The position numbers were made by a program, and so were the translations under genes. 46,097 bases of DNA from Fidelibacterota bacterium (GTDB taxonomy: Bacteria > Fidelibacterota > Marinisomatia > Marinisomatales > S15-B10): assembly GCA_046861655.1 (NCBI GenBank), contig JBHIAI010000005.1, positions 1-46,097 of the forward strand, given 5' to 3'. The notes beneath the pieces are model-generated. The model searched no databases. It was given only the letters and a program-made list of their open reading frames with translations, and had not been told where the DNA came from. Below are positions 1 through 8,775 of the stretch, piece after piece (the stretch's first letter is position 1; each line of letters opens with the position of its first letter).

Positions 1-471
1 GGAGAGGAAGCCAAGGAGGTTTCATTCTCCGGTTGGCTTGCGGGGGACTCCGTTCGGTTCGGCTACGGCTTCTCGGACGAAGGATTCTGGAAAGTCCGCA
101 TCGACTACCTGGTTACGGGTGACAGACTCCATGATTACATGGGTCATTTTTCCCGTATCGAACGGCTCCTGACCCAGCGGTACGGACCTCCAGTACGGAC
201 CACACAGAACGACATGGGTACGGACCGGGAGTATCTCTTTTCAGACTTTCCCAGGCTGTCCAGGGCCTATTTTCGATCCTCTTGGGAAGCTGGAGAGGTG
301 AGAATAGAATTGATGCTCGAAGCCGTCGTGGATCAGCCTGATGAAGAATTGCCCGTTTTCGATGATCTGGTTCCCCTTCTGAGACTCTACTATTACCACC
401 CCGGATTCTACGGGGAGGCAACTCTCGAACCGTCAGAGGTCTCAGAAGAATCTCTCCTTGATGCCTATTAG
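1..471 (+). CDS. hypothetical protein, 5'-truncated by window edge
   Basis: Frame of ORF 139..471 stays open back to base 1 (GEEAKEVSFSGWLAGDSVRF...); stop overlaps next ORF. Confidence 0.7.
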   Translation, partial: GEEAKEVSFSGWLAGDSVRFGYGFSDEGFWKVRIDYLVTGDRLHDYMGHFSRIERLLTQRYGPPVRTTQNDMGTDREYLFSDFPRLSRAYFRSSWEAGEVRIELMLEAVVDQPDEELPVFDDLVPLLRLYYYHPGFYGEATLEPSEVSEESLLDAY

Positions 472-1588
472 AGGAGCTTTCCGCCGGAAAGCAGTACTGA
501 TCTCCGGCAGCCTCTTCGTCCTGTCCGCCCCCTTCCGTTTCTCAACGTGCTACCGGCCTCCCCCCATGGTGCGATTCTACGACTATTCTATTCCCCAGAA
601 AGATGTTCTTCCCCAGTGTCAGCAGGCCCTCGAGGCCCTGGGATACGAGGTGGAGACCTACGATCTCCTGGACTTCCATCTGATCACGAAATTAAGAACG
701 ATCAGGAGCGGTCTAGGAAAAGCCCGCTATGTGGTGTTCGTGAAGGTGGAGGATAGGATCGCTGTCTACGTGTACGCAGAATCCAGGGTATTCAGACGGG
801 GAACAGAACTGGGGCTCCGGGCGGGAGAACTCACCGTACTGGAGCCAAAACGACTAAGGCTGGGCTTCCAGAGGAGGGTCTTCGAACCCATCACCGGAGC
901 TCTTGCCGGCAAAGGATTCCGACCGTGGTCCTCCGTGGACGACAATGAGCGCGATGACAGGGAGATCCGGGCTTATGAGGAACAGCGGTTGATCCGTCAT
1001 GAGGCAGAATTGATCCGGCAGGAGAAGTCCGTCCGGCTCCGGGAAAAAGAAACCCGGGAAGCCTACGCTTCGGGAAGAAGGGAGTCCAGATGGGAAGCCG
1101 TTGAGGAAGCGGAACAATTCATAGCCTTTGTGGACGATTCCCTGTCTCTCAGGACAGATACATCCCTAGTGACGGGTTGGTCCCTGGTGGCCATCAGCCG
1201 GCAAGTGGTTCGCGAGGATGATCGACTGAGAGCCGCGTTCCGGGAATTGCTGGGGACCTACCCTGACTACTCCGGCTCCGGCAGAATCCAGTGGATCATC
1301 GGCCCCGAGGGAAGGGTGACGAATGTCATGTGGGACCTGGAAACATCTTCCGGTGTTCCAGATGATGAACTGAGCCACGCCATCGATATACATACACGTA
1401 CACTCTTCTTTCCTGCCCGGGAGTCCAGGTGGGGCTACGCCGTCGTGCGGAGGGAATTCCGTTTTCGGGGCCACTACCACAATCTGGATGTTCATTTCGC
1501 CCGCCCCCGATTGGAAGACATCCTTGAACAGTACCCCGCGGTAGAAGCAGAAACCGTGGTGGATACCTTCTTTGAAAAATCCCATTGA
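458..1588 (+). CDS. hypothetical exported protein with central coiled coil and possible TonB-C/AgmX-like C-terminal domain
   Basis: 376-aa ORF; hydrophobic N-terminus ending in Cys; charged helical middle; GRIQWIIGPEGRVTNV resembles TonB C-terminal strand pattern. Confidence 0.6.
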   Translation: MMPIRGAFRRKAVLISGSLFVLSAPFRFSTCYRPPPMVRFYDYSIPQKDVLPQCQQALEALGYEVETYDLLDFHLITKLRTIRSGLGKARYVVFVKVEDRIAVYVYAESRVFRRGTELGLRAGELTVLEPKRLRLGFQRRVFEPITGALAGKGFRPWSSVDDNERDDREIRAYEEQRLIRHEAELIRQEKSVRLREKETREAYASGRRESRWEAVEEAEQFIAFVDDSLSLRTDTSLVTGWSLVAISRQVVREDDRLRAAFRELLGTYPDYSGSGRIQWIIGPEGRVTNVMWDLETSSGVPDDELSHAIDIHTRTLFFPARESRWGYAVVRREFRFRGHYHNLDVHFARPRLEDILEQYPAVEAETVVDTFFEKSH

Positions 1589-1773
1589 TCTTATCCGCAT
1601 GGGTTCATAACCTTTCAGTCCGTTTGGCTGGAACGCCATTGTCGCTCAATTCATTTCAGGAAATGATAGAAAGACCTAAATTAGGCACACTTCCGGAAGC
1701 CTGGACAGGTATTCAATCTTCGTTGAACCCGGTTGGCTTCATAAGGCAAAAAGGAGGGTGAGCGGGAGGTTTC

Positions 1774-2112
1774 ATGGCCATCGATCTCGGAAATACTGAC
1801 AGCAGAAAGTCCTACCTGAAGGACAAACTAGACGATTTGTTGGAAGGCATCCATGAATCATACACATCCGTGCTGATGGATGAACTGATCGCGCGACTGG
1901 AAAGAACGGTGAACGACTTCAACGACGAAGTCAAGGAATTGATGGAACTCCTGAAGGCGAGAAGCGATAAGAAGGAACATATTCTGGAGAAACTCAAGTC
2001 TGGTAAAGTGGGTGAGACAACGGAGACGGAACAGGAACAGGAACCTGAGCGGGAAATGAGCGTCTGGGAACGAAAACTTGAAGCCATGGACAAACCAAAA
2101 AGGGAAACCTGA
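1774..2112 (+). CDS. hypothetical coiled-coil protein
   Basis: 112-aa ORF, GGAGG SD just upstream, heptad-like charged helices. Confidence 0.8.
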   Translation: MAIDLGNTDSRKSYLKDKLDDLLEGIHESYTSVLMDELIARLERTVNDFNDEVKELMELLKARSDKKEHILEKLKSGKVGETTETEQEQEPEREMSVWERKLEAMDKPKRET

Positions 2113-2606
2113 TGGAAACCAGAGACAAAATCCTGATCCTGATCGTCGTTGCCTGGGTTGCGGCTGCGGTCTATTTCAAGGCGACCACGGACCGCATGTT
2201 TCAACGAATGGATGTCATGAATAACGAGCAGCTGGAACACGTGGAACAGGTGAACAAGGAGTTCCGGGAAGATCTGAGAACTTTGAATCTACAGTTCATC
2301 GGCCGCGGTAAACATCTCAGGAAAGCCCAAAAAGATATCGTGGCCAACACTCAACTCATCCATGAAGTCACCGATTCTCTCGGGCAGCACATAGAAACCG
2401 TCCAGCTGAACCTGGACGACTACATCCGGTCGGCCGAGGGCAGGTTCAGGGACTTAGAAGACGATATTGAAGCACAGGAGGATCGATTCAACTCCTACAA
2501 GCGACTGACCAGTCGGCAGTTAGGAGACATGGACCAGCGTCTCACCACAGCGGAAAAAGATATCGCCGATCTGGACCAGCGCATTCCCAAGAAGGAAAAA
2601 GACTGA
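2112..2606 (+). CDS. membrane-anchored coiled-coil hypothetical protein
   Basis: TGATG coupling with previous ORF; N-terminal TM helix ILILIVVAWVAAAVYF followed by long coiled coil. Confidence 0.8.
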   Translation: METRDKILILIVVAWVAAAVYFKATTDRMFQRMDVMNNEQLEHVEQVNKEFREDLRTLNLQFIGRGKHLRKAQKDIVANTQLIHEVTDSLGQHIETVQLNLDDYIRSAEGRFRDLEDDIEAQEDRFNSYKRLTSRQLGDMDQRLTTAEKDIADLDQRIPKKEKD

Positions 2607-2634
2607 TCCTTTCCATCAGCTTGTCTGTGTATAC

Positions 2635-2660
2635 CAGGGGGGATTCTTCTGAATCTCCTG
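2635..2660 (+). terminator. hairpin after the 1774-2606 gene pair
   Basis: caggggggattc-ttct-gaatctcctg inverted repeat 30 nt after stop; weak U tail. Confidence 0.4.
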
Positions 2661-2720
2661 TCTGAATCCACACCCCGTTACAAGGACTGAGTATCCATGG
2701 CGGGTTGCGAATCTGGCAGA

Positions 2721-2806
2721 TAGAATAATAGGGGTAGACTTCTTAATGACCTCGGAGCACTAGGAAAATCTACCCCTACCTCGCGGGAGAGGCTCTAATT
2801 AGCCTC
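2721..2806 (-). ncRNA. candidate small RNA with two hairpins (family not recognised)
   Basis: Downstream of TTGACA-N17-TATTTT; hairpin GAGGCU-aauuag-AGCCUC (2806-2789), long hairpin 2778-2729 with G-U pairs on this strand, then UUAUUCU. Confidence 0.55.
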
Positions 2807-2812
2807 AGATCA

Positions 2813-2841
2813 AAAATACGCCTTTAATCTTTCCTTGTCAA
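2813..2841 (-). promoter_or_regulatory. sigma70-type promoter
   Basis: TTGACA (2841-2836), 17-nt spacer, TATTTT (2818-2813). Confidence 0.65.
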
Positions 2842-2974
2842 GTCCTAATCTGGTTTCTCAAGTGTTTCCCGTAAATCCTTGTCTTCCTATCCAGTTTATC
2901 TTAAAGGAAAAGCGAGATTGCATTAAGTAATGCATTAGCATGTCTAAAGTAAAGCAGAAAGAATCTTTGATCGG

Positions 2975-4243
2975 TCAATCCTCTATGACGATATCCAGTC
3001 GGGGGGAGAAGCCAGCCAGTTTTCCCAGTTGATTCCCAAGCTTGTCGAGGCGTATCAGGTGTTGTTGCACGAGATCATAAATCACAATACCCGGGTGGCT
3101 GGAGCCCGGGTTCACCTTGATTTTCCAGGGAGTGTACTCTGAGGGTATGTCCACTGGGTCTGCCTTCCAGACCCCCTGCCAGTGGGTCATTGTCCATACT
3201 CTCGTGGTCCGCATCTGACCGTCGTAGGCTAAGAGCCATACCTGTTGCGATCCCCTGTGTATGTCCAGATCGATAATGGGAAACGGGTCCAGATAACGAT
3301 TGACATTCCCCTGGGAATCGATTCCCACCAGGCCCGAATCTGTGGCTATCCAGGCCACATCCGGTTCCACCATGGTTATGACATCCCGGGGTCTTCCCCC
3401 AACAGAGAAACCTTTCGCTTCGTCCAGGTCCTCTGAGCTGATCCTGATCACGTAATGGGAATCCGCCATGGTCACCCATACTCCGTTTCCTGACGGCTCC
3501 ACATCCACCTTGCTGTCGCGGGGCAGCGTGGCGTCCAGGGGTATCTCCTCCAGCGTTCCGGTGTCCACATTCAGTCGAATCAGGTGAGAGGAGCCTATGG
3601 GAACGGTCCAGACATCTCCGGTCCGGCCATTGACGGCCATGTCCGATGGGAACGACCCCAGCTCATAGGAAACGACCTCTTCCCCTTCCAGACTCAGTTT
3701 CGTGATCCTCCCTGGATAATAGGATGCCACCCACAGAAAGGTTCCCGTGGGATCCAGATCCAAAGCCACTGGGGAATCCACGTAGTCATCCCTGAGAAGA
3801 TGAGCTCCATCATAGGTAACAGCGCTCAGTGATCCCCGGAAAAAATCGGCCACCCAGTAGTTGAACGGACCGGGAATGATGGAGTCGGCAGGGGATAGGT
3901 CACTCTCAAATGTCTCAGTCAGAGCCGAAATCTGGTAGGTGAAAGCCGTATCGTAGTGGGAGACGGTGTCCCGGAAGAACAGGGACGGTCGACGGACCGT
4001 GGCCAAAGGCCAAGGTTCAGACTGTCCGGGGATTCGCCTCCACACCCTGTATCCCGTGATGCTGTTGTTTTTCATATCCGGCCAGGAAACGAACACGGTT
4101 TTCTCATCAGACGATAGGGAGGGAGCCTCTGGTGTTCCCTCTGTCTCCGGATTCAGCGGATCCAGGGGGTTGTGGCGGACCCTGTCGGAGCACTGGGACA
4201 GTACAAGGGCACCGGCAACAGCGATAATCCCTGCTGTTCTCAT
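2975..4243 (-). CDS. lipoprotein with FN3-like domain and beta-propeller (NHL/YncE-like) region
   Basis: Start reassigned to ATG 4243 (ATGA overlap with upstream stop); signal ending LSQC; NPLDP motif; GYRVWRR...YTYQISA FN3 pattern; repeated P-x-D-x-x-V-D blades. Confidence 0.75.
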   Translation of the reverse strand: MRTAGIIAVAGALVLSQCSDRVRHNPLDPLNPETEGTPEAPSLSSDEKTVFVSWPDMKNNSITGYRVWRRIPGQSEPWPLATVRRPSLFFRDTVSHYDTAFTYQISALTETFESDLSPADSIIPGPFNYWVADFFRGSLSAVTYDGAHLLRDDYVDSPVALDLDPTGTFLWVASYYPGRITKLSLEGEEVVSYELGSFPSDMAVNGRTGDVWTVPIGSSHLIRLNVDTGTLEEIPLDATLPRDSKVDVEPSGNGVWVTMADSHYVIRISSEDLDEAKGFSVGGRPRDVITMVEPDVAWIATDSGLVGIDSQGNVNRYLDPFPIIDLDIHRGSQQVWLLAYDGQMRTTRVWTMTHWQGVWKADPVDIPSEYTPWKIKVNPGSSHPGIVIYDLVQQHLIRLDKLGNQLGKLAGFSPRLDIVIED

Positions 4244-4623
4244 AAGGTGAGTGAGGAGAAAACCGAGAAAACGGTGACGGTGAAGCACAGTTCAAACACG
4301 GCCAGGGTGATCCCGGCCCGCCGGTCATAGTCCTGGGCTTGATTGAAATAACGGTTCATCTGGGAAGGATTCCCCGCGTGGAGGTACCGCTCGTAGGCGG
4401 CATCGGCCCGGGACATGTACTGGTGGGCAAGGACCACTGCTCCCAGTGCAGCCGCTGCCGATACCAGACTGACCACGGTGAGTACCTGTTTTCTTGTAGA
4501 GTCTTTTTCCACCGGCGTTGGCTGGGGCGCCGGGAATGGCCCTGTCGGGTCCCGGCTGAGCTGTCCCTGAATCTGGGACACGGCAATCAGTGTCACCATG
4601 GCTGTGTGTATCACGATTCTCAT
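4240..4623 (-). CDS. small exported/membrane hypothetical protein
   Basis: Start ATG 4623 overlaps upstream stop (ATGA); signal peptide plus two hydrophobic helices flanking ADAAYERY motif. Confidence 0.7.
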   Translation of the reverse strand: MRIVIHTAMVTLIAVSQIQGQLSRDPTGPFPAPQPTPVEKDSTRKQVLTVVSLVSAAAALGAVVLAHQYMSRADAAYERYLHAGNPSQMNRYFNQAQDYDRRAGITLAVFELCFTVTVFSVFSSLTL

Positions 4624-5852
4624 GGATCTTTCCTTCCATCGTACGCCGGACCGAAAGCGTACAGCCATTTTCTGTCGTCGGCAATCAGTACCAGACCTTC
4701 ATGGAGAATGGGAGGCGTGATGATTCGTCCCTCCACCCGTGTCCGCCAGAGTTCCCGGCCCGAATCCCTGGACAGCACGAGGATCTCCCCCCGGGTCGTG
4801 ACAGCAACCACGTGGCTATCGGAAACGGCCACCTCCAGGTTGATCAGCTGGCCGGCGTCAAATGTCCATTCCACCCGGCCGTCTTCTATGGCCAATCGAT
4901 ACACCTTCCCCCCAGAGGAGGGGACGTACAGGGACGAAGAATCGCACGATACCGAACTGTAGAGGGGATCCCCCTGGTCCCCCCATATCCAGAGAGGCGT
5001 TCCCTCCCTCAGGTTAATGGCATGGACAGTTCCGGCCAGGGTGGTGACAAAAACCCGGTCTCCGCACACCACGGGATGGGAGTAGAGTCTTTCCGGTCGG
5101 AGATTCCGTTTCCAGACCACGACGCCGGACTCAATCTGTCGAGACGTGACGACTCCGTCTCGACCGCTGACGATTACGAAACCGGAATCCAGGGCGGGTG
5201 AGGGGACTATCGGGGTCCGTTCTGTCCACTTCCAGATTATGCTCCCGTCGGAGGCACCCAGGCAGAAGAGTCCGTTCCGGCCCGTCACAAACAGGCGTTC
5301 CATCACCACCGCCGGCGCTCCCGTGGCCGGGACAATCCGCTCCTTCCACAGGGTTTTTCCCTCAAGGAGGTCGTAGGCATGAAGGGATGTACGTTCTGGA
5401 GTCAGGGAAAGGTACAGGGTGGATCCAGAAAGAGTCAGGCCCAGGACGGACCCGTCACTGAATTTCTTCCTGCCCAGGCGCGATCCATCCCGTGCAGAAA
5501 GGGCTATCACCTCGCCGTTCAGGAGAGGGACCAGAACAGTTTCTCCCCGGAAAACGGGGGATTCTGCCACACCGGCCATGAACTGTCTCCTCCATAGCTC
5601 AGTCAGAGGAACGTTCACGTGGACCCCCTCCAGATGACCCGTTCGCGCAAAATCGGAGTGCGATGTTATCCAGTGGGAACTGGACGTCATTTCCGGACCC
5701 ATGGCAAGACGACCTGAGCAGGAAATGAGAAAGCCCGTGGCCCCAACCATGGTCGCCGTCCTGGAGATCGCAACCATCCGATCACGGGCAATCCTGGGCC
5801 ACTTCCGTGGCGTGTGTGCTGTATGAGATGTTCTTGCGATCAGTAATTCCAT
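4620..5852 (-). CDS. PQQ-like beta-propeller lipoprotein (BamB-like)
   Basis: Repeated 'A.d..dG...W' blades (ALSARDG, AYDLLEGKTLW, AINLREGTPLW); lipobox-like LISC; true start uncertain. Confidence 0.8.
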   Translation of the reverse strand: MELLIARTSHTAHTPRKWPRIARDRMVAISRTATMVGATGFLISCSGRLAMGPEMTSSSHWITSHSDFARTGHLEGVHVNVPLTELWRRQFMAGVAESPVFRGETVLVPLLNGEVIALSARDGSRLGRKKFSDGSVLGLTLSGSTLYLSLTPERTSLHAYDLLEGKTLWKERIVPATGAPAVVMERLFVTGRNGLFCLGASDGSIIWKWTERTPIVPSPALDSGFVIVSGRDGVVTSRQIESGVVVWKRNLRPERLYSHPVVCGDRVFVTTLAGTVHAINLREGTPLWIWGDQGDPLYSSVSCDSSSLYVPSSGGKVYRLAIEDGRVEWTFDAGQLINLEVAVSDSHVVAVTTRGEILVLSRDSGRELWRTRVEGRIITPPILHEGLVLIADDRKWLYAFGPAYDGRKDP

Positions 5853-8653
5853 CCAAAGAAGAACTGGACGAACAGGCCCTGCGAAAGTGTTTTGAAGTCG
5901 GTGGTCTTACCCACATCGAGCCGGAGAACGATAACGCCCAGGAGGTTTCCCCGAAGGCCCACACCGAAACTGCCCAACATGCTCTCTGGCTTCCTGTCCC
6001 ACGCGTTTCCCATGTCGAGAAAAACTGCTCCCTGGATGGGGGAAATGCCAAGATCGAATGAGGAAAACCTAAGGACCAATTGCCTGGCAAACGGAAATCG
6101 GAACTCGTTGTTGATCAAGACAAAATTCTGTCCAGCCACTTCGTTCCGTCCGAAACCTCTCAATCCCCAGCTCCCGCCAATGTAGAAACGGAAAACGTGG
6201 CGGCCCCGGTTCAACCAGGTCATAAGGCGAAGCGCGTACTGGGTGCTTAAGGAGGTCCGGAAGTATCTCCGGAAGTCCGCCAGAATACCGGAGTAGTAAA
6301 TAGAGGAACGTGAGAAATCTATGGTCTGGCCCAGGGTCACACGGAAACTGGACCCATCCACCGGACCGACGGGTCCCCAGATGGAATTATCAGTCACGTA
6401 AGACAGGGAATTGCTTACCAGAAAGGCTCTGAAAACGGATTCACCGAGAAACGCGTTCCGTTCGGTCTTCCAGAGATTGGAGGTTACCTCCACACGGCGA
6501 AAAGAACTCAAGGGATAGCTCAGGGCGATCTGTCCCCCGTACCTGCGTTCGAAGAAAAAACCATCGGTGAAGGTGTAATAGTCGTTGGCAAAGTGAAACA
6601 GTCCGTAGGCCATGTTAATCCGGCGCGACAGGTCGACACGAGTGACGGCCAGATTCAACCTTTTCAAGAATTCCGACGACGTTTCTGCCGTGTTGAACAG
6701 GAGGAAATGATAGTAATCGTTTCCCAGGAGGTCAGAGACCGTTATCTGGGCACCTCCCAGAAAACCGAAAACCGGATCATACGCCATGGCCGTCTGGGCG
6801 ATATCAAGGGAGTATTCTTTCCGGTAGGGAACGCTCTTCTTCCCGGAGCGGCCGGTCAACGATGAGCGGAACCAGCTGGGTCTTTCCGCGACAACAGGAC
6901 TGGAAACCGGGGGGTGTTCATCCATGAGATCGCGTACGTTCTCCAGGAGATGGACCTGGAATTGGTAATCCTCGAAGGCCGTGAACAGGATGTCGTTCCC
7001 GTCCGCACCCGACCATCGGGGATGGAAAGCGCCTGCCAAAAAATGGGTCAGAGGAATCGGGCCCTCCGTACGGTCACTCGAACCGGGGGCAATTCCCCGG
7101 TGAATCCAGAGATTGTGGGTCCCGTCGCGGTCGGACGAGAATACCAGACGGTAGGGTTTTCGAGGAGACCAGGAAGGGGATAGATCATTGAACCGTCCTG
7201 AAGTGACAGGAAGGATGTCCCCGGAGGTTAGATCCAGCATGAACAGATTGAAATAGCCTTCCACCCCGAAAACTCCCCGGTCCGAACTAAAAATCACTTT
7301 CTGTCCGTCAGGAAAGAAAGAAGGATGACGGTCTGCGTAGAAATCATCGGTCAACCTGGTCAACTTTCCCTTTTCCACTGTGAGAAGATACAGATCCTGA
7401 TTCCCTTTCCAGTTAAGTCCTGAGAACACCACCCGTTTACCGTCTGGGGACCAGGCGGGGGAGGAAATGGAGACAATTCTGGAATCCTTGAAACGGTACA
7501 CTACTTCCCGGTCAGGCAGGCTGAAGAAGTTCAGGACGTCTGCGGCCCCGGCCTTCGAGGAAAACACCATGATTCCCGAATCGCTGACGTCCAGAAGCGA
7601 TTGGAGAAAATGGAGGGATTCGAACTCCGCCGTCCTCTCACCCCGAACAAGTATCTCGGGCTCAGAATCGGTGGTGGGATCCACATTCATCATGTAAATG
7701 TCCGAGTATCCCGTCCGGTTGGTCATGAAAACCACCTTCTCCTGTCCCTCCTGACCGTAGTAGACAGGCGATGCGTTCACCCCTTTCCTCGTTAGCTTAC
7801 GGGTGGTCATCCGGGCCATATCCCTGTCCTGGAGCAACGGGTATGTGTCCTTCTTGTAGGAATACTTCCACTCCTTCACAAGGTCCTTGAAGTCCTCTTG
7901 AAGTACTTCTTCCATTACTGTATAGAAGTTGCTGTCTTTCCAGACGGATTCCATGATTAGAAGAATCGCATCGTGGCCGTAGGTTTGGTCAATGAATCTC
8001 AAGAAGGCCTGGCCTTCCTTGTAGAGGAGGAAGCCGGAGGCGGCCAGGTCGAGGCGATCCAGGGGGACCAGGTACTCATTCACCAGGGCATCACGGATGA
8101 CCATTTCGGCTTTGCTGTCCCAGCCGGCGGACCAGAATTCCGCCAGACCTTCGGTGAACCAGAGAGGAGGGGACCGGTAGGTGAGGACGTTATGGATTCT
8201 GAGAACCTGTCCTATTTTGTGGTGCATGAACACGTGGACCAGTTCATGGCGGATCACCTGCCTGAATTGGGCGGTAGACCCCTGGTAGGGGATCACCACC
8301 CGTCCCTTCACGAATTCAAAGAATCCTCCTACGCCCTCTGGGATGAGATAGGGGGTGGTATTCGTCTGTTGAAAGTGCAGATGGGAGCTGTAAAAAATGA
8401 GGGGGACTTTCTCCCCCAGGGTGAAGTTGAACTTCTTTTCCAGGTCCAGGAAGCTCTCCTCGGCGAAATAGGCCCCTGTGGCGGCCAGTTCTTCCTCCTC
8501 CGGATAGTAGTAGATTTCGAAATGGGGTGTGGAAAGTACTTTCCAGTGGAACGGGTGGTACTGGATCTTATTCCGCCCGAAGTACAACTGCCCCAGGACC
8601 GGCTCCAGGCTCAGCAAAGCCAGGAGAAGGATCATCCTTGTGAGCAGCTTCAT
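5840..8653 (-). CDS. Omp85/BamA-family outer membrane protein with N-terminal zinc metallopeptidase-like and PD40 (TolB-like) domains
   Basis: Signal peptide; HELVH + WFTEGLAE zincin motif; SPAWSPDG/PSFFPDG PD40 repeats; LRGF motif and C-terminal barrel ending FFFGWNY. Confidence 0.88.
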   Translation of the reverse strand: MKLLTRMILLLALLSLEPVLGQLYFGRNKIQYHPFHWKVLSTPHFEIYYYPEEEELAATGAYFAEESFLDLEKKFNFTLGEKVPLIFYSSHLHFQQTNTTPYLIPEGVGGFFEFVKGRVVIPYQGSTAQFRQVIRHELVHVFMHHKIGQVLRIHNVLTYRSPPLWFTEGLAEFWSAGWDSKAEMVIRDALVNEYLVPLDRLDLAASGFLLYKEGQAFLRFIDQTYGHDAILLIMESVWKDSNFYTVMEEVLQEDFKDLVKEWKYSYKKDTYPLLQDRDMARMTTRKLTRKGVNASPVYYGQEGQEKVVFMTNRTGYSDIYMMNVDPTTDSEPEILVRGERTAEFESLHFLQSLLDVSDSGIMVFSSKAGAADVLNFFSLPDREVVYRFKDSRIVSISSPAWSPDGKRVVFSGLNWKGNQDLYLLTVEKGKLTRLTDDFYADRHPSFFPDGQKVIFSSDRGVFGVEGYFNLFMLDLTSGDILPVTSGRFNDLSPSWSPRKPYRLVFSSDRDGTHNLWIHRGIAPGSSDRTEGPIPLTHFLAGAFHPRWSGADGNDILFTAFEDYQFQVHLLENVRDLMDEHPPVSSPVVAERPSWFRSSLTGRSGKKSVPYRKEYSLDIAQTAMAYDPVFGFLGGAQITVSDLLGNDYYHFLLFNTAETSSEFLKRLNLAVTRVDLSRRINMAYGLFHFANDYYTFTDGFFFERRYGGQIALSYPLSSFRRVEVTSNLWKTERNAFLGESVFRAFLVSNSLSYVTDNSIWGPVGPVDGSSFRVTLGQTIDFSRSSIYYSGILADFRRYFRTSLSTQYALRLMTWLNRGRHVFRFYIGGSWGLRGFGRNEVAGQNFVLINNEFRFPFARQLVLRFSSFDLGISPIQGAVFLDMGNAWDRKPESMLGSFGVGLRGNLLGVIVLRLDVGKTTDFKTLSQGLFVQFFFGWNY

Positions 8654-8658
8654 GATGA

Positions 8659-8687
8659 AAAATAGCTAAGACCCCCTGAGGTGTCAA
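8659..8687 (-). promoter_or_regulatory. sigma70-type promoter of the Omp85 operon (probably leaderless)
   Basis: TTGACA (8687-8682)-N17-TATTTT (8664-8659), 5 nt before ATG 8653. Confidence 0.6.
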
Positions 8688-8710
8688 TGGATAGTGTTGG
8701 GGCATAGTGC

Positions 8711-8739
8711 TTGATCGAAACTCAACCTGCGTCTATATT
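8711..8739 (+). promoter_or_regulatory. sigma70-type promoter of nuclease gene
   Basis: TTGATC-N17-TATATT, divergent from the Omp85 promoter. Confidence 0.5.
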
Positions 8740-8775
8740 CCCTTAACGTACGCATCAGGGTATTCCCTCCCTCCT

